Assembly: GCA_039801565.1 (NCBI GenBank)
Contig: JBDRUX010000016.1
Span: forward strand, 1 to 31,507
Reading direction: 5' to 3'
Source: a candidate division WOR-3 bacterium
GTDB taxonomy: Bacteria > Hydrothermota > Tepidihabitantia > Tepidihabitantales > JAOUPE01
Length of the DNA: 31,507 nucleotides
Below the pieces are notes generated by a model. The model had not been told where the DNA came from and did no database searches. It saw only the letters and a program-made list of their open reading frames with translations. Positions 17,285 to 25,922 of the stretch are shown one piece after another (within the stretch, counting starts at the first letter, position 1; the number at the start of each line of letters is the position of its first letter). Made by a program: the position numbers and the translations under genes.

Positions 17285-17665
17285 ATGGTGGATACTAAGA
17301 TTACGGCAACAGAAATCTTGCAGGATACACCGCCATTATTCGTCATTGACTTTGAAGGTGGATTTATGAAAGTCAATTCCACAGGTATTGAATTACTTGG
17401 TTACGAGTGGTGGTTTTTGAAGCATCAGTTACTTACTGATTTTATTCATCCTTTGGATATCAAAAAAGTTTTATGGGCGGTGCGGGCAATGTTAAGATTG
17501 CAAGGTCGTTCGCTTTACTTTCGGTTCCGGCTAAAAGTTATGAGTGGTATTGATTTGGTTTGGACCAAGGGGCATGTCCTTTATACTCAATCCCCCGACC
17601 TTAGACCTTTTGCGGTTCAATTTGTAATTAGAAAACCTTATCCGCTAAAAAAGATAATGGAGTGA
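17285..17665 (+). CDS. Stand-alone PAS-domain protein
   Basis: FVIDFEGGFMKVNSTGIELLGY...DFIHPLD...FRLK...W pattern typical of a PAS fold. Confidence 0.75.
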   Translation: MVDTKITATEILQDTPPLFVIDFEGGFMKVNSTGIELLGYEWWFLKHQLLTDFIHPLDIKKVLWAVRAMLRLQGRSLYFRFRLKVMSGIDLVWTKGHVLYTQSPDLRPFAVQFVIRKPYPLKKIME

Positions 17666-17668
17666 TGA

Positions 17669-20236
17669 ATGAGCGATATTAAGCCAAACGAAACAACGAT
17701 TGGGAAGGCAGCAAATCCGTTCAATCAAAATAGCCCTGTCGTCAACCGATATGAGGCTGATCTCTCGGTGGCTAATAATTTCAAATTAAAAAAACCCAAG
17801 GTTTTAATTGTGGACGACGAAGAAGATTTTGCTATCACCTTAAAAGAAATTTTAGAAATCAAGGGTTATGAAGCGGTAATTGCTAATACGGCTCGAGCCG
17901 CCTTAAAATTGATAGCACCCGAACCGAAAATGGATTTGGCAATAGCACCAACTATTTTTGACTTGGCTTTAATCGATTTAAATCTCCCGGACTTACCAGG
18001 ATTAGAGTTGATTCAAAGTTTCAAACTCTATTCGCCCTTTACCGAACTAGTCGTGATAACCGGCAATCCCACCCTGCCGACTGCTATCAAAGCGTTGAAT
18101 CTTGGTGCATTTGGTTATATTGAAAAGCCATATAATGTTGACCGGTTATTTATTCTTTTGGAGCGGGCTTTGGAACATCAGCGACTCTTGCGCAGTCTTC
18201 AAGAGTCCGAGGCACGTTACCGGCGATTGTTTGACGAACTTGGTGCCGCTATGTTTATTTTGGACTTAAAGACGGACGAGATTTGGCACCCGAATAAAGG
18301 TTTTAGTAAGTTATTTGGTTATACTGAACCGGAAATAGTTGATGGTCGGATTAGTTTAAAAGATTTTCTTTCCAGTCCAGAGGATTATGCTCGATTTGCT
18401 GGTACGAAAGCTAAGCTTTTGCAAGAAGGATTTGTTTCCCAGGAGTTACAGCTCAGACGTCGGGGTGGAATCCCATTTTGGGCTTTGCTTCATTTCACTC
18501 GGCTCGACTTTACAATAATACCTGGGTCAGCTAACAAAACTGACTCCGTGGCCTTAACCTTAGTTTTAGACTTAACAAAACGAAAAACTGCGGAAGCCGA
18601 GCTATTAAAAACTAAAAGTTATTTAGAAGCGATATTTGCTGGGATAGGCTCAGGTGTTTGTATTATTGACTCTGACTACAAAATCTTAGACGCCAATCCG
18701 GCTTATTTTAAACTCGTAGGGGTGGAGCGGGAGATTGCGATTGGCAAGCGGTGTTATGAAATTCATCACAACCGTAAGACGCCTTGTCACCATTCCGGTG
18801 AGGTCTGTCCAATTCAAAATTGCAAAGCTAGTTTGGTAAAAAGCCAGGTCTATCATGAACATAAAACAGCTAATGGTGATGTCCGTTACTTAGAGATTAC
18901 GGTTACACCATTAAAGGATGAATCGGGTAATCTCACTTCATTCATCGGTGTGCTGAATGATTTGACGGAAATTAGAAAGGTTCAATCGGAACTTGAATTA
19001 CTTAATCAAGAGTTAATTGGTCAACGGGAGAAGTTGCTGGCGACTGCCACTCAATTGGAGAAGGCAAATGCCGAATTGGTAAAACTTTCGGAAGCCAAGT
19101 CAGAGTTTATTTCAGCCGTTTCCCATGAATTACGGACTCCATTGACTGCGATAATGGAAGGGATAAGTTTAGTGGAAGATGGTTCGTTAGGTCCAATAAA
19201 CTCTGACCAGAAGCGATTTTTGATTTTGACCAAGAATAATGCCAAGCGGTTGGCTGATTTAATTAATGATTTGTTAGACCTTTCCAAGATTGAGGCAGGT
19301 CGGTATGAGTTGACGCCGCAAAAATTGGACCTGACAAAGGCGGTTCGAGAATTGGCACAAAATTTAGGGCCATTGGTCACCGAGAAAGGGTTAACCTTAC
19401 GATTAGAACTCCCTAACCAATTACCCAAGGTTTTTGCTGATGAACGTAGTCTCTTTCGGATTTTGATGAATCTTCTTTCCAATGCGGTAAAATTCACACC
19501 GCCGGGCGGCCAAATTACAATCCAAGCCGAGGCAAGGTGTGTCCCTAATAAAAATGAAGAAGTGGTGGTTTCGGTCATTGATACTGGTATTGGTATTCCC
19601 AAAGAACAGCAAGATAAATTATTCGTTAAATTCCAACAGATTACCCGACCCGGTGAGACCCGCCCCACTGGGACCGGTTTGGGCTTGGCACTCACCAAAG
19701 AATTGGTCTTAATGAATCAAGGTAAGATTTGGGTTGAGAGTGATGAAGGCAAAGGGAGTAAATTCTCTTTCTCATTGCCAGTCTACGATGAATTTGAAGA
19801 TTTAAAACGAACCTTTGCCACAATCCAGCGGAATTGTCGCCAGGCTTCGGTCCGATTGCGACTAATGTTCTTCGCTGTTAAGATAATCCCACCCAATCTT
19901 CACCAGGAGCAATTAGAATTGGTATTGGACTCAATTGAAAAGGTAATTCGGTCCAAGATTACTCGGTTTGACATTGTACGCCGAGTTAAAAGCCAAGGAT
20001 TAATTGGGGTATTATCACCAGCCCATGAAACAAAAGATGATACTGATTCAGATGGTATTGGAAGAATATTATATCAGCAAATCGTCGAATTCTTGTCAGG
20101 AATGACTTTCTTAGTAGATTCGAAAGAAGTTAGCGTTAAGATAAAAAGTCATTACCAAGTAATTAAACCCGATGCTGATATAACGATTGACCAGATATTA
20201 AAGACACGCGGGAATTGGCAGGAGATAAGGAAATGA
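17669..20236 (+). CDS. Hybrid sensor histidine kinase: REC-PAS-PAS-HisKA-HATPase plus degenerate GGDEF-like C-terminal domain
   Basis: REC motifs VLIVDDE, LALIDLNLP, YIEKP; two PAS domains; H-box VSHELRTPL; N-box NLLSNAVKFT; DTGIGI; GTGLGL; ~150-aa tail. Confidence 0.92.
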   Translation: MSDIKPNETTIGKAANPFNQNSPVVNRYEADLSVANNFKLKKPKVLIVDDEEDFAITLKEILEIKGYEAVIANTARAALKLIAPEPKMDLAIAPTIFDLALIDLNLPDLPGLELIQSFKLYSPFTELVVITGNPTLPTAIKALNLGAFGYIEKPYNVDRLFILLERALEHQRLLRSLQESEARYRRLFDELGAAMFILDLKTDEIWHPNKGFSKLFGYTEPEIVDGRISLKDFLSSPEDYARFAGTKAKLLQEGFVSQELQLRRRGGIPFWALLHFTRLDFTIIPGSANKTDSVALTLVLDLTKRKTAEAELLKTKSYLEAIFAGIGSGVCIIDSDYKILDANPAYFKLVGVEREIAIGKRCYEIHHNRKTPCHHSGEVCPIQNCKASLVKSQVYHEHKTANGDVRYLEITVTPLKDESGNLTSFIGVLNDLTEIRKVQSELELLNQELIGQREKLLATATQLEKANAELVKLSEAKSEFISAVSHELRTPLTAIMEGISLVEDGSLGPINSDQKRFLILTKNNAKRLADLINDLLDLSKIEAGRYELTPQKLDLTKAVRELAQNLGPLVTEKGLTLRLELPNQLPKVFADERSLFRILMNLLSNAVKFTPPGGQITIQAEARCVPNKNEEVVVSVIDTGIGIPKEQQDKLFVKFQQITRPGETRPTGTGLGLALTKELVLMNQGKIWVESDEGKGSKFSFSLPVYDEFEDLKRTFATIQRNCRQASVRLRLMFFAVKIIPPNLHQEQLELVLDSIEKVIRSKITRFDIVRRVKSQGLIGVLSPAHETKDDTDSDGIGRILYQQIVEFLSGMTFLVDSKEVSVKIKSHYQVIKPDADITIDQILKTRGNWQEIRK

Positions 20237-20613
20237 AGCATATTCTATTGGTTGAGGATGAACCCGATGTCGCTTTAGTTACCAAAACCCGCTTAGAACT
20301 GGCTGGTTTTCGAGTCAGTTGGGCCCAGGATGGTATGGAAGCAATTGAAATGGTAGAGCGTTTGCGTCCCGACCTGGTCCTATTAGACTTAAAATTACCC
20401 CGACTCGATGGGGTCCAGGTCTGCAAACGGTTAAAAAATTATCGCGGAACGCAAACAATTCCAGTGATATTATTCTCTGGTTCCAGTTCCTATATCCTTG
20501 CCTTAGAAAAAAAGTGTTTGGAACTCGGTGCGGATGATTTTATTCGTAAGCCATTTGAGACTAACCAACTACTAAAAAAGATAATGCTTTTTGTCAAAGA
20601 TGAACAGGAATAA
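20233..20613 (+). CDS. Single-domain response regulator (CheY-like REC)
   Basis: ILLVEDE, LVLLDLKLP and FIRKP. ATG 20233 overlaps the kinase stop (ATGA) and follows GGAGATAAGGA. Confidence 0.92.
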   Translation: MKHILLVEDEPDVALVTKTRLELAGFRVSWAQDGMEAIEMVERLRPDLVLLDLKLPRLDGVQVCKRLKNYRGTQTIPVILFSGSSSYILALEKKCLELGADDFIRKPFETNQLLKKIMLFVKDEQE

Positions 20614-20625
20614 ATAGCAGGCACA

Positions 20626-21027
20626 ATGAACGAAACAATTTTAAAAACAGTTCCGCGCATCTTAGTTGTTGATGACGAAGAAGATATTCGTTTATTAATC
20701 AAACGGCGCTTGGAGCAAGCTGGTTATGAAGTCGTTACTGCCAGCACTGGCCATGAAGGGTTAGAGAAGGCGCGACGGGAGCCAGTTGATTTAATAGTCT
20801 TAGATTTGATGCTACCAGGTATAGATGGTTATCAGATTTGCGGCATCTTAAAGCACGACCGGCGTTATATGAAGATACCAATTTTGATTCTGACCGCTCG
20901 GGCACAACTGAAAGACTATGAATTAGGAATGAAGGTGGGCGCTGATGCCTATCTAACCAAGCCCTTTGACCATGAATCGTTACTTGCCAAAATTTCAGAA
21001 CTTTTAGCCAATAAGCAAGAAAAATAA
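20626..21027 (+). CDS. Single-domain response regulator (CheY/PilH-like REC)
   Basis: ILVVDDE, LIVLDLMLP, ILTAR and YLTKP; no output domain. Confidence 0.93.
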   Translation: MNETILKTVPRILVVDDEEDIRLLIKRRLEQAGYEVVTASTGHEGLEKARREPVDLIVLDLMLPGIDGYQICGILKHDRRYMKIPILILTARAQLKDYELGMKVGADAYLTKPFDHESLLAKISELLANKQEK

Positions 21028-21045
21028 TTACGATTGAGAGGAGTT

Positions 21046-22737
21046 ATGGACCAACAATTACTCCGTAAAGCATTAGTTGAAGCCGGAACGATATCCGAAA
21101 CTCAATTCAAAAAAATTCAAGAAGAGAGTGAAGCAACCGGCAGTTCCGTAGAAAATTTATTGGTCAGTCATGGGTTAATATCTAAAGAAGAACTTTATCA
21201 GACGCTTGCCAAACGGATTGGCGTTCCCTATATTGACCCTACTTCTTATGTTGTTGACCCGGAGACAATTGCCCTGATTCCCGAAAAGATTGCCCGGGAA
21301 CATATGGCGGTGCCACTCTTTCGAGTTGCTAATACTCTTACGGTGGCAATGGCAAATCCACAAAATATCGGTTCGATTGACGAACTCTCCTTATTGACCG
21401 GATTAGAAATTAGTCCGGTGTTGGCACCCAGCGATGCAATTGCCCAGGCTCTTGACCGTTTCTATGCAACAAAGAAGACCGATGAAGCATTAACTGAAAC
21501 GATAACGGTTTTAGATAAAGAGACGATGCCGGAGGAGACCCCTGAAACAATCGAAGAGAAAAAATCTTTAGAAGAGCTTGCCGCGGAAGCACCGATTGTA
21601 AAATTTGTCAATCAAATAATTCATCAAGCATTAAAAGAACGGGCTTCGGATATCCATCTGGAACCAGATGAAAAGGTCCTAAGGATTCGGTTTCGGGTTG
21701 ACGGATTACTTCACATAGTTACCGAAGCACCCGCAACAATGAAAACTGCAGTCATTTCAAGAATCAAGATTCTGGCTAAACTAAACATTGCCGAGAAACG
21801 CAAACCCCAAGATGGTCAATTTGAAATGTCAGTAGATAGCAAAAAGGTTGACTTTCGGGTATCCACCTTCCCAACGATTTACGGCGAAGCCTGTGTCTTA
21901 CGGATTTTGGACAAATCAGCGGTGATGATTGGAATGTCTGATTTGGGATTCTCGCCAGAAAATTTAATCAAGTTCAATGCCTTAATTCGAAGTCCTTATG
22001 GGATAATCTTAGTTACCGGTCCAACCGGTAGCGGTAAGACGACAACACTCTATGCCGCATTAGATGCAGTGCGTAGCGAAGCAAAGAATATTATGACCTT
22101 AGAGGATCCGGTCGAATACCATCTACCTTTAATTCGGCAGGCACAAGTGAATCCCAAGGCAGGACTAACCTTCGCTACGGGTTTGCGCTCAATTCTGCGG
22201 CAAGACCCAGATATTATTATGGTCGGTGAGATTCGGGATACCGAGACCGCTGAGATTGCCGTCCAAGCTGCGCTGACGGGTCATTTAGTTTTTTCAACGC
22301 TTCATACTAACAACGCCTCGGGTGCACTTACCCGGCTGGTTGATATGGGAATTGAGCCATTTTTAGTTGCCTCAACAGTGATTGGGGTCTTAGCCCAGCG
22401 GTTAGCCAGACGAATTTGCGAATATTGCAAAGAGCCATATCATGCCCTCAGCGAAGTCTCTGCCCACCTCCACTTAGACCCAACGACCAAGTTATTTCGG
22501 GGCAAAGGCTGTCCAGAATGTAATAACACTGGTTATCGAGGCCGAATTGGATTATTTGAATTACTGGTTGTTGATAACACAATTCGAAAAATGATTATTG
22601 AGAAACAGCCATCGGAAGAGATTCAAAGGTTTTTAATTTCTAAGGGGTTTAAAACGATGCGGGATGATGGATTAGAAAAGGTACGAAAGGGAATCACTAC
22701 CTTGGAAGAAGTACTAAGAATTACCCACGGTAACTGA
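21046..22737 (+). CDS. Type IV pilus / type II secretion assembly ATPase (PilB/GspE/MshE family)
   Basis: N-terminal MshEN-like domain; ASDIHLEP; Walker A GPTGSGKTT; LEDPVEY; LRQDPDIIMVGEIRD; TGHLVFSTLHTN; Zn site CEYC...CPEC. ATG 21046 follows GAGAGGAG. Confidence 0.95.
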   Translation: MDQQLLRKALVEAGTISETQFKKIQEESEATGSSVENLLVSHGLISKEELYQTLAKRIGVPYIDPTSYVVDPETIALIPEKIAREHMAVPLFRVANTLTVAMANPQNIGSIDELSLLTGLEISPVLAPSDAIAQALDRFYATKKTDEALTETITVLDKETMPEETPETIEEKKSLEELAAEAPIVKFVNQIIHQALKERASDIHLEPDEKVLRIRFRVDGLLHIVTEAPATMKTAVISRIKILAKLNIAEKRKPQDGQFEMSVDSKKVDFRVSTFPTIYGEACVLRILDKSAVMIGMSDLGFSPENLIKFNALIRSPYGIILVTGPTGSGKTTTLYAALDAVRSEAKNIMTLEDPVEYHLPLIRQAQVNPKAGLTFATGLRSILRQDPDIIMVGEIRDTETAEIAVQAALTGHLVFSTLHTNNASGALTRLVDMGIEPFLVASTVIGVLAQRLARRICEYCKEPYHALSEVSAHLHLDPTTKLFRGKGCPECNNTGYRGRIGLFELLVVDNTIRKMIIEKQPSEEIQRFLISKGFKTMRDDGLEKVRKGITTLEEVLRITHGN

Positions 22738-22752
22738 AAGACAATGGAAGTG

Positions 22753-22801
22753 CGCTTACCGCTGTCCGTTAACCGCTTCACGCTCAATGCTCCAAGCCTT
22801 G
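22753..22801 (+). repeat. Degenerate heptamer tandem repeat (7 units)
   Basis: CGCTTAC CGCTGTC CGTTAAC CGCTTCA CGCTCAA TGCTCCA AGCCTTG. Confidence 0.65.
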
Positions 22802-22857
22802 TTCACTTTTCTTCTTAGGCATTTTTAAAGATAACTTTTTAAAATTTCGGTTTTGCC

Positions 22858-22885
22858 TTGACACTTGGGCATTTTTTTTTATACT
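22858..22885 (+). promoter_or_regulatory. sigma70-type promoter
   Basis: TTGACA (22858-63), 16-nt spacer, TATACT (22880-85). Confidence 0.7.
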
Positions 22886-22899
22886 TAATTTAAAATTAA

Positions 22900-23004
22900 A
22901 TTGCTTAGCCTGGTCTTTAAAGTATCGCCCTGAATGCCCCTTGACTTAAATTGATGACCAAGGGGTAGTTGGGGAAACTTACTAAGACCGAGGCATTCGG
23001 CAAT
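22900..23004 (+). ncRNA. Candidate structured RNA (long irregular hairpin; 5' leader or small ncRNA, family unassigned)
   Basis: Nested pairings ATTGC/GCAAT, GCCT/AGGC, GGTCTT/AAGACC, AAGT/ACTT, CCCTGA/TTGGGG and TGCCCCTTG/CAAGGGGTA; begins just after the predicted transcription start. Confidence 0.45.
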
Positions 23005-23046
23005 ACTGAACTTAAAATTATAAGTCCAACGCAATCGGAGGTAATG

Positions 23047-23694
23047 ATGTTGCTGAAGGATTTTAATAAATTTTGGTTAATAGTTATTTTCTTGGCTTTA
23101 ATTGGCATTTCCTGTGGTCAGAAGAAACAAGAACCACAGACAGCGAAGCCAATCGAAGAGAAACTAATAACACCGCGTTCAATTCTTATGGTTATTGCTC
23201 CCCGCGATTTCCGTGACGAGGAATTTAAACTGCCGTTTGAATATCTGAGAAGTTTGGGTCACAAAATTACGGTGGCAGCTACTGATACGACAAAGGCAAT
23301 TGGCATGCTCGGTTTAGAGGTGAAGCCGGATTTGAGAATTGAGGGTGTTGACACTTTGCTCTATGATGCAATGATTTTAGTCGGCGGTACTGGTTCAGTT
23401 ATTTATTGGGATAACCAGACGGTACACCAATTGGTAAGACATTTTGCCCGACCACCGAAAGTTTTGGCGGCAATTTGCTTAGCACCCGTAACCTTAGCCC
23501 GGGCTGGTGTACTTAAAGATAAAGAAGCGACGGTCTATAAAGACCGGGCAACCATAGAAGAATTCAAAAAGGGTGGCGCAAAATATTTAGAAAAAAATGT
23601 CGTTATCAGCGGTAATATCATCACTGCTTCGGGACCACACGCTGCCGAAAGTTTTGCTAAGGCAATTAATCAGGTCTTAACCAGCGGTCAATAA
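23047..23694 (+). CDS. DJ-1/PfpI-family protein with lipoprotein-type signal peptide
   Basis: GGAGG then ATG (23044/23047); FWLIVIFLALIGISC signal; DFRDEE, YDAMILVGG, AAICLAP (nucleophilic Cys) and IITASGP. Confidence 0.85.
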   Translation: MLLKDFNKFWLIVIFLALIGISCGQKKQEPQTAKPIEEKLITPRSILMVIAPRDFRDEEFKLPFEYLRSLGHKITVAATDTTKAIGMLGLEVKPDLRIEGVDTLLYDAMILVGGTGSVIYWDNQTVHQLVRHFARPPKVLAAICLAPVTLARAGVLKDKEATVYKDRATIEEFKKGGAKYLEKNVVISGNIITASGPHAAESFAKAINQVLTSGQ

Positions 23695-23706
23695 AATCAA
23701 AATACC

Positions 23707-24150
23707 TTGCGCGCTGTCATCCAAAGAGTGAATAGTGCCAGAGTCGAAACTGGTTCTCCAGCTAAGATTGTTGGTGCAATCGAAAAAGGCTTACTGGTCT
23801 TTTTAGGTATCGGTAAGAACGATACTACCGAAACTGTACAAAAGATGGCACAAAGAATCCCCCAACTTCGTATCTTCGAAGACGACCAAGGAAAGATGAA
23901 TCGTTCGCTTAAGGAGATTGGTGGTGAAATTCTTGTGGTCTCTCAATTCACCCTTTACGCCGATACCAGCCAAGGGCTTCGTCCTTCGTTCAGCGAAGCT
24001 TGTGAACCAAATCGAGCAAAAGAACTCTATGAACGATTCATTGCTGAATTGAGATATTCAGGATTAAAGACCGAAACGGGCATTTTTGGTGCCAAAATGA
24101 AGGTTAAATTAGAAAACGACGGACCAGTTACTTTTATCCTCGAGGTATAG
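23707..24150 (+). CDS. dtd: D-aminoacyl-tRNA deacylase
   Basis: MRAVIQRV, LRIFEDDQGKMN, VSQFTL and ENDGPVT. Confidence 0.96.
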   Translation: MRAVIQRVNSARVETGSPAKIVGAIEKGLLVFLGIGKNDTTETVQKMAQRIPQLRIFEDDQGKMNRSLKEIGGEILVVSQFTLYADTSQGLRPSFSEACEPNRAKELYERFIAELRYSGLKTETGIFGAKMKVKLENDGPVTFILEV

Positions 24151-24177
24151 GATGAAAGAAAACAAAAAGGAAGCGTT

Positions 24178-25059
24178 ATGATTAAAAGTATGACTGGGGT
24201 GGGAAGAGCCGAAGCAATTCTTTACCCCTGGCGGACTAAAGTTTCTGTTGAAATAAGGTCTTTGAATCATAAATATCTCGAAACAACCCAGCGGCTACCT
24301 CAAGCATTAGCCAATTATGAGAGTGAAATTCGGGATTTGATTAAATCGAAGATCCCGCGTGGCTATATTCAACTTTCGATCAACTTAGAAGAGAGTTTGC
24401 CGATGCCGGCTTTAACTTTAGACGACGCCTTGCTTGATAATTATCTGCGCCTAATCCAAAAGTTAAAAGAAAAGGTTAAGCTTAAAGGTGAGTTGGATGT
24501 GAATACTGTATTGGCTTTTCCGGGAATTATCAAAACTGAAAAAATCGAAAGAGAAACCGAACAGATTTGGCAGCAGGTAAAGAAAGTATTAGAGCGCGCC
24601 TTAAAAGAATTAATCAAGATGAAAAAACAAGAAGGTGTCGCTTTGGCTAAAGATTTGCGCAAACGGGTTAAGAATCTTCGCCAAGCCGTAGCCGCAATTG
24701 AAAAAAGAGTGCCAAAACGATTGCAGGAAAGACGCAACAATCTAATGGCACAACTGAAAGCATTAAATGTCAACTCTGACCCAAAACGGGTCTGGGAAGA
24801 AGTCGCTTATATTGCCGAACGATTAGATATTCACGAAGAATGTGTCCGATTGCGCAGCCATTGCACAATGTTTGAAAATTGTTTGAAGGAATCAGCCAGC
24901 GATGCCATCGGCAAGAAACTCGATTTCATTTTGCAGGAGATGTTGCGGGAAACCGACACGCTATCGGCTAAGGCACGTGACCTCTTCATTTCCCAAAAAG
25001 TGATCGCAATGAAAGGGGAAATTGAAAAATTGAAAGAACAGATTAGAAATGTCGAATAA
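24178..25059 (+). CDS. yicC: YicC/YloC-family endoribonuclease
   Basis: MIKSMTG, EIRSLNHKY, DIHEECVRL, GKKLDFILQEMLRE and EQIRNVE; canonical position upstream of gmk. Confidence 0.95.
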   Translation: MIKSMTGVGRAEAILYPWRTKVSVEIRSLNHKYLETTQRLPQALANYESEIRDLIKSKIPRGYIQLSINLEESLPMPALTLDDALLDNYLRLIQKLKEKVKLKGELDVNTVLAFPGIIKTEKIERETEQIWQQVKKVLERALKELIKMKKQEGVALAKDLRKRVKNLRQAVAAIEKRVPKRLQERRNNLMAQLKALNVNSDPKRVWEEVAYIAERLDIHEECVRLRSHCTMFENCLKESASDAIGKKLDFILQEMLRETDTLSAKARDLFISQKVIAMKGEIEKLKEQIRNVE

Positions 25060-25717
25060 AGTTAAGGCAATAACCCATCGTCCATTTTTGGTTGTTCTTT
25101 CCTCTCCTTCGGGTGCCGGCAAAACCACAATTTGTCGAACTGTCCTACGCCGGGATCCGAATCTTGGCTATTCGGTATCAGCCACGACTCGACCCAAGCG
25201 GCCGGGTGAAGTTTCCGGTAAAGACTATTTCTTCTATTGTCCGGAAGAATTCGCCAAGCGCAAAAACCGGGGTGAATTTATCGAAACCGCTTTTGTCTAT
25301 GGTAATTACTACGGCACGCTGAAACGCGAGGTGAAAAGAATTCTTCGGCAAGGGAAAGATGTTTTATTAGACTTGGATATTCAAGGGATGCGGTCAATTA
25401 AGCGACTTTTCCCGGATGCGGTAACAATCTTTATCACTCCGACCAATTTGATTGAATTAAAGAAACGCTTGACACATCGAAAAGAAAGCAAAAGTGAGAT
25501 TAAAAAAAGGACCGGCTATCTAAAAGCCGAATTAGCTGCAATTCCTGAATTTGATTATCTGGTGCCAAACGATGATTTAAAAACAGCAGTGGCCAGGGTT
25601 TTAGCCATTATCCAAGCCGAACGCCAGAAGACTAGCCGATTAAGGCAGATATCCCATCTCTTTACAAAGAGGCTTTGCCCCTTTAAATCCGAAGAGAATG
25701 ACCAATCAAGGAGGTGA
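25049..25717 (+). CDS. gmk: Guanylate kinase
   Basis: SSPSGAGKTT, SVSATTRPKRPGE, DYFF and YGNYYGT; short extra C-terminal tail. Confidence 0.96.
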   Translation: MSNKVKAITHRPFLVVLSSPSGAGKTTICRTVLRRDPNLGYSVSATTRPKRPGEVSGKDYFFYCPEEFAKRKNRGEFIETAFVYGNYYGTLKREVKRILRQGKDVLLDLDIQGMRSIKRLFPDAVTIFITPTNLIELKKRLTHRKESKSEIKKRTGYLKAELAAIPEFDYLVPNDDLKTAVARVLAIIQAERQKTSRLRQISHLFTKRLCPFKSEENDQSRR

Positions 25718-25719
25718 CA

Positions 25720-25905
25720 ATGAAATTTATTACAATTGAAGAGATTTGGAAAAAATTTCCTAATAAATACGAAGCATTAATCCGCGCGGCCAAAAAAGTC
25801 CGACAACTGGTCGAAGCTGCGGAAAAGAATGAAATCCAGTTAAACGAAAATCCCTATCGTTATGCCTTAAGAGCAATCATAGAGGAAAAGGCAAATGAAC
25901 AATAA
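25720..25905 (+). CDS. rpoZ: RNA polymerase omega subunit
   Basis: ITIEE...NKYEALIRAAKKVRQL...PYRYAL pattern; follows gmk; GGAGG before ATG 25720. Confidence 0.75.
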   Translation: MKFITIEEIWKKFPNKYEALIRAAKKVRQLVEAAEKNEIQLNENPYRYALRAIIEEKANEQ

Positions 25906-25922
25906 GTTCGGAGCGAATCGCT

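Noticed and set aside
19051..19698. 215-aa minus-strand ORF and the other short antisense or alternate-frame ORFs in the track
   Set aside because: Shadow frames of well-supported genes, with no recognisable motifs.
769..22737. PEP-CTERM/exosortase system (TPR + kinase + EPS + sigma54)
   Set aside because: No exosortase, no PrsR-type sigma54 activator and no PEP-CTERM protein; the ATPase is PilB/GspE-type rather than ExeA-like.
22900..23004. SRP (4.5S) RNA or tRNA
   Set aside because: No GNRA-capped helix with the conserved CAGG/GCAGC loop; no cloverleaf or T-loop.
22969..23043. TTG-initiated N-terminal extension of the PfpI ORF
   Set aside because: It lies within the RNA hairpin; the GGAGG + ATG at 23044/23047 gives a proper signal peptide.
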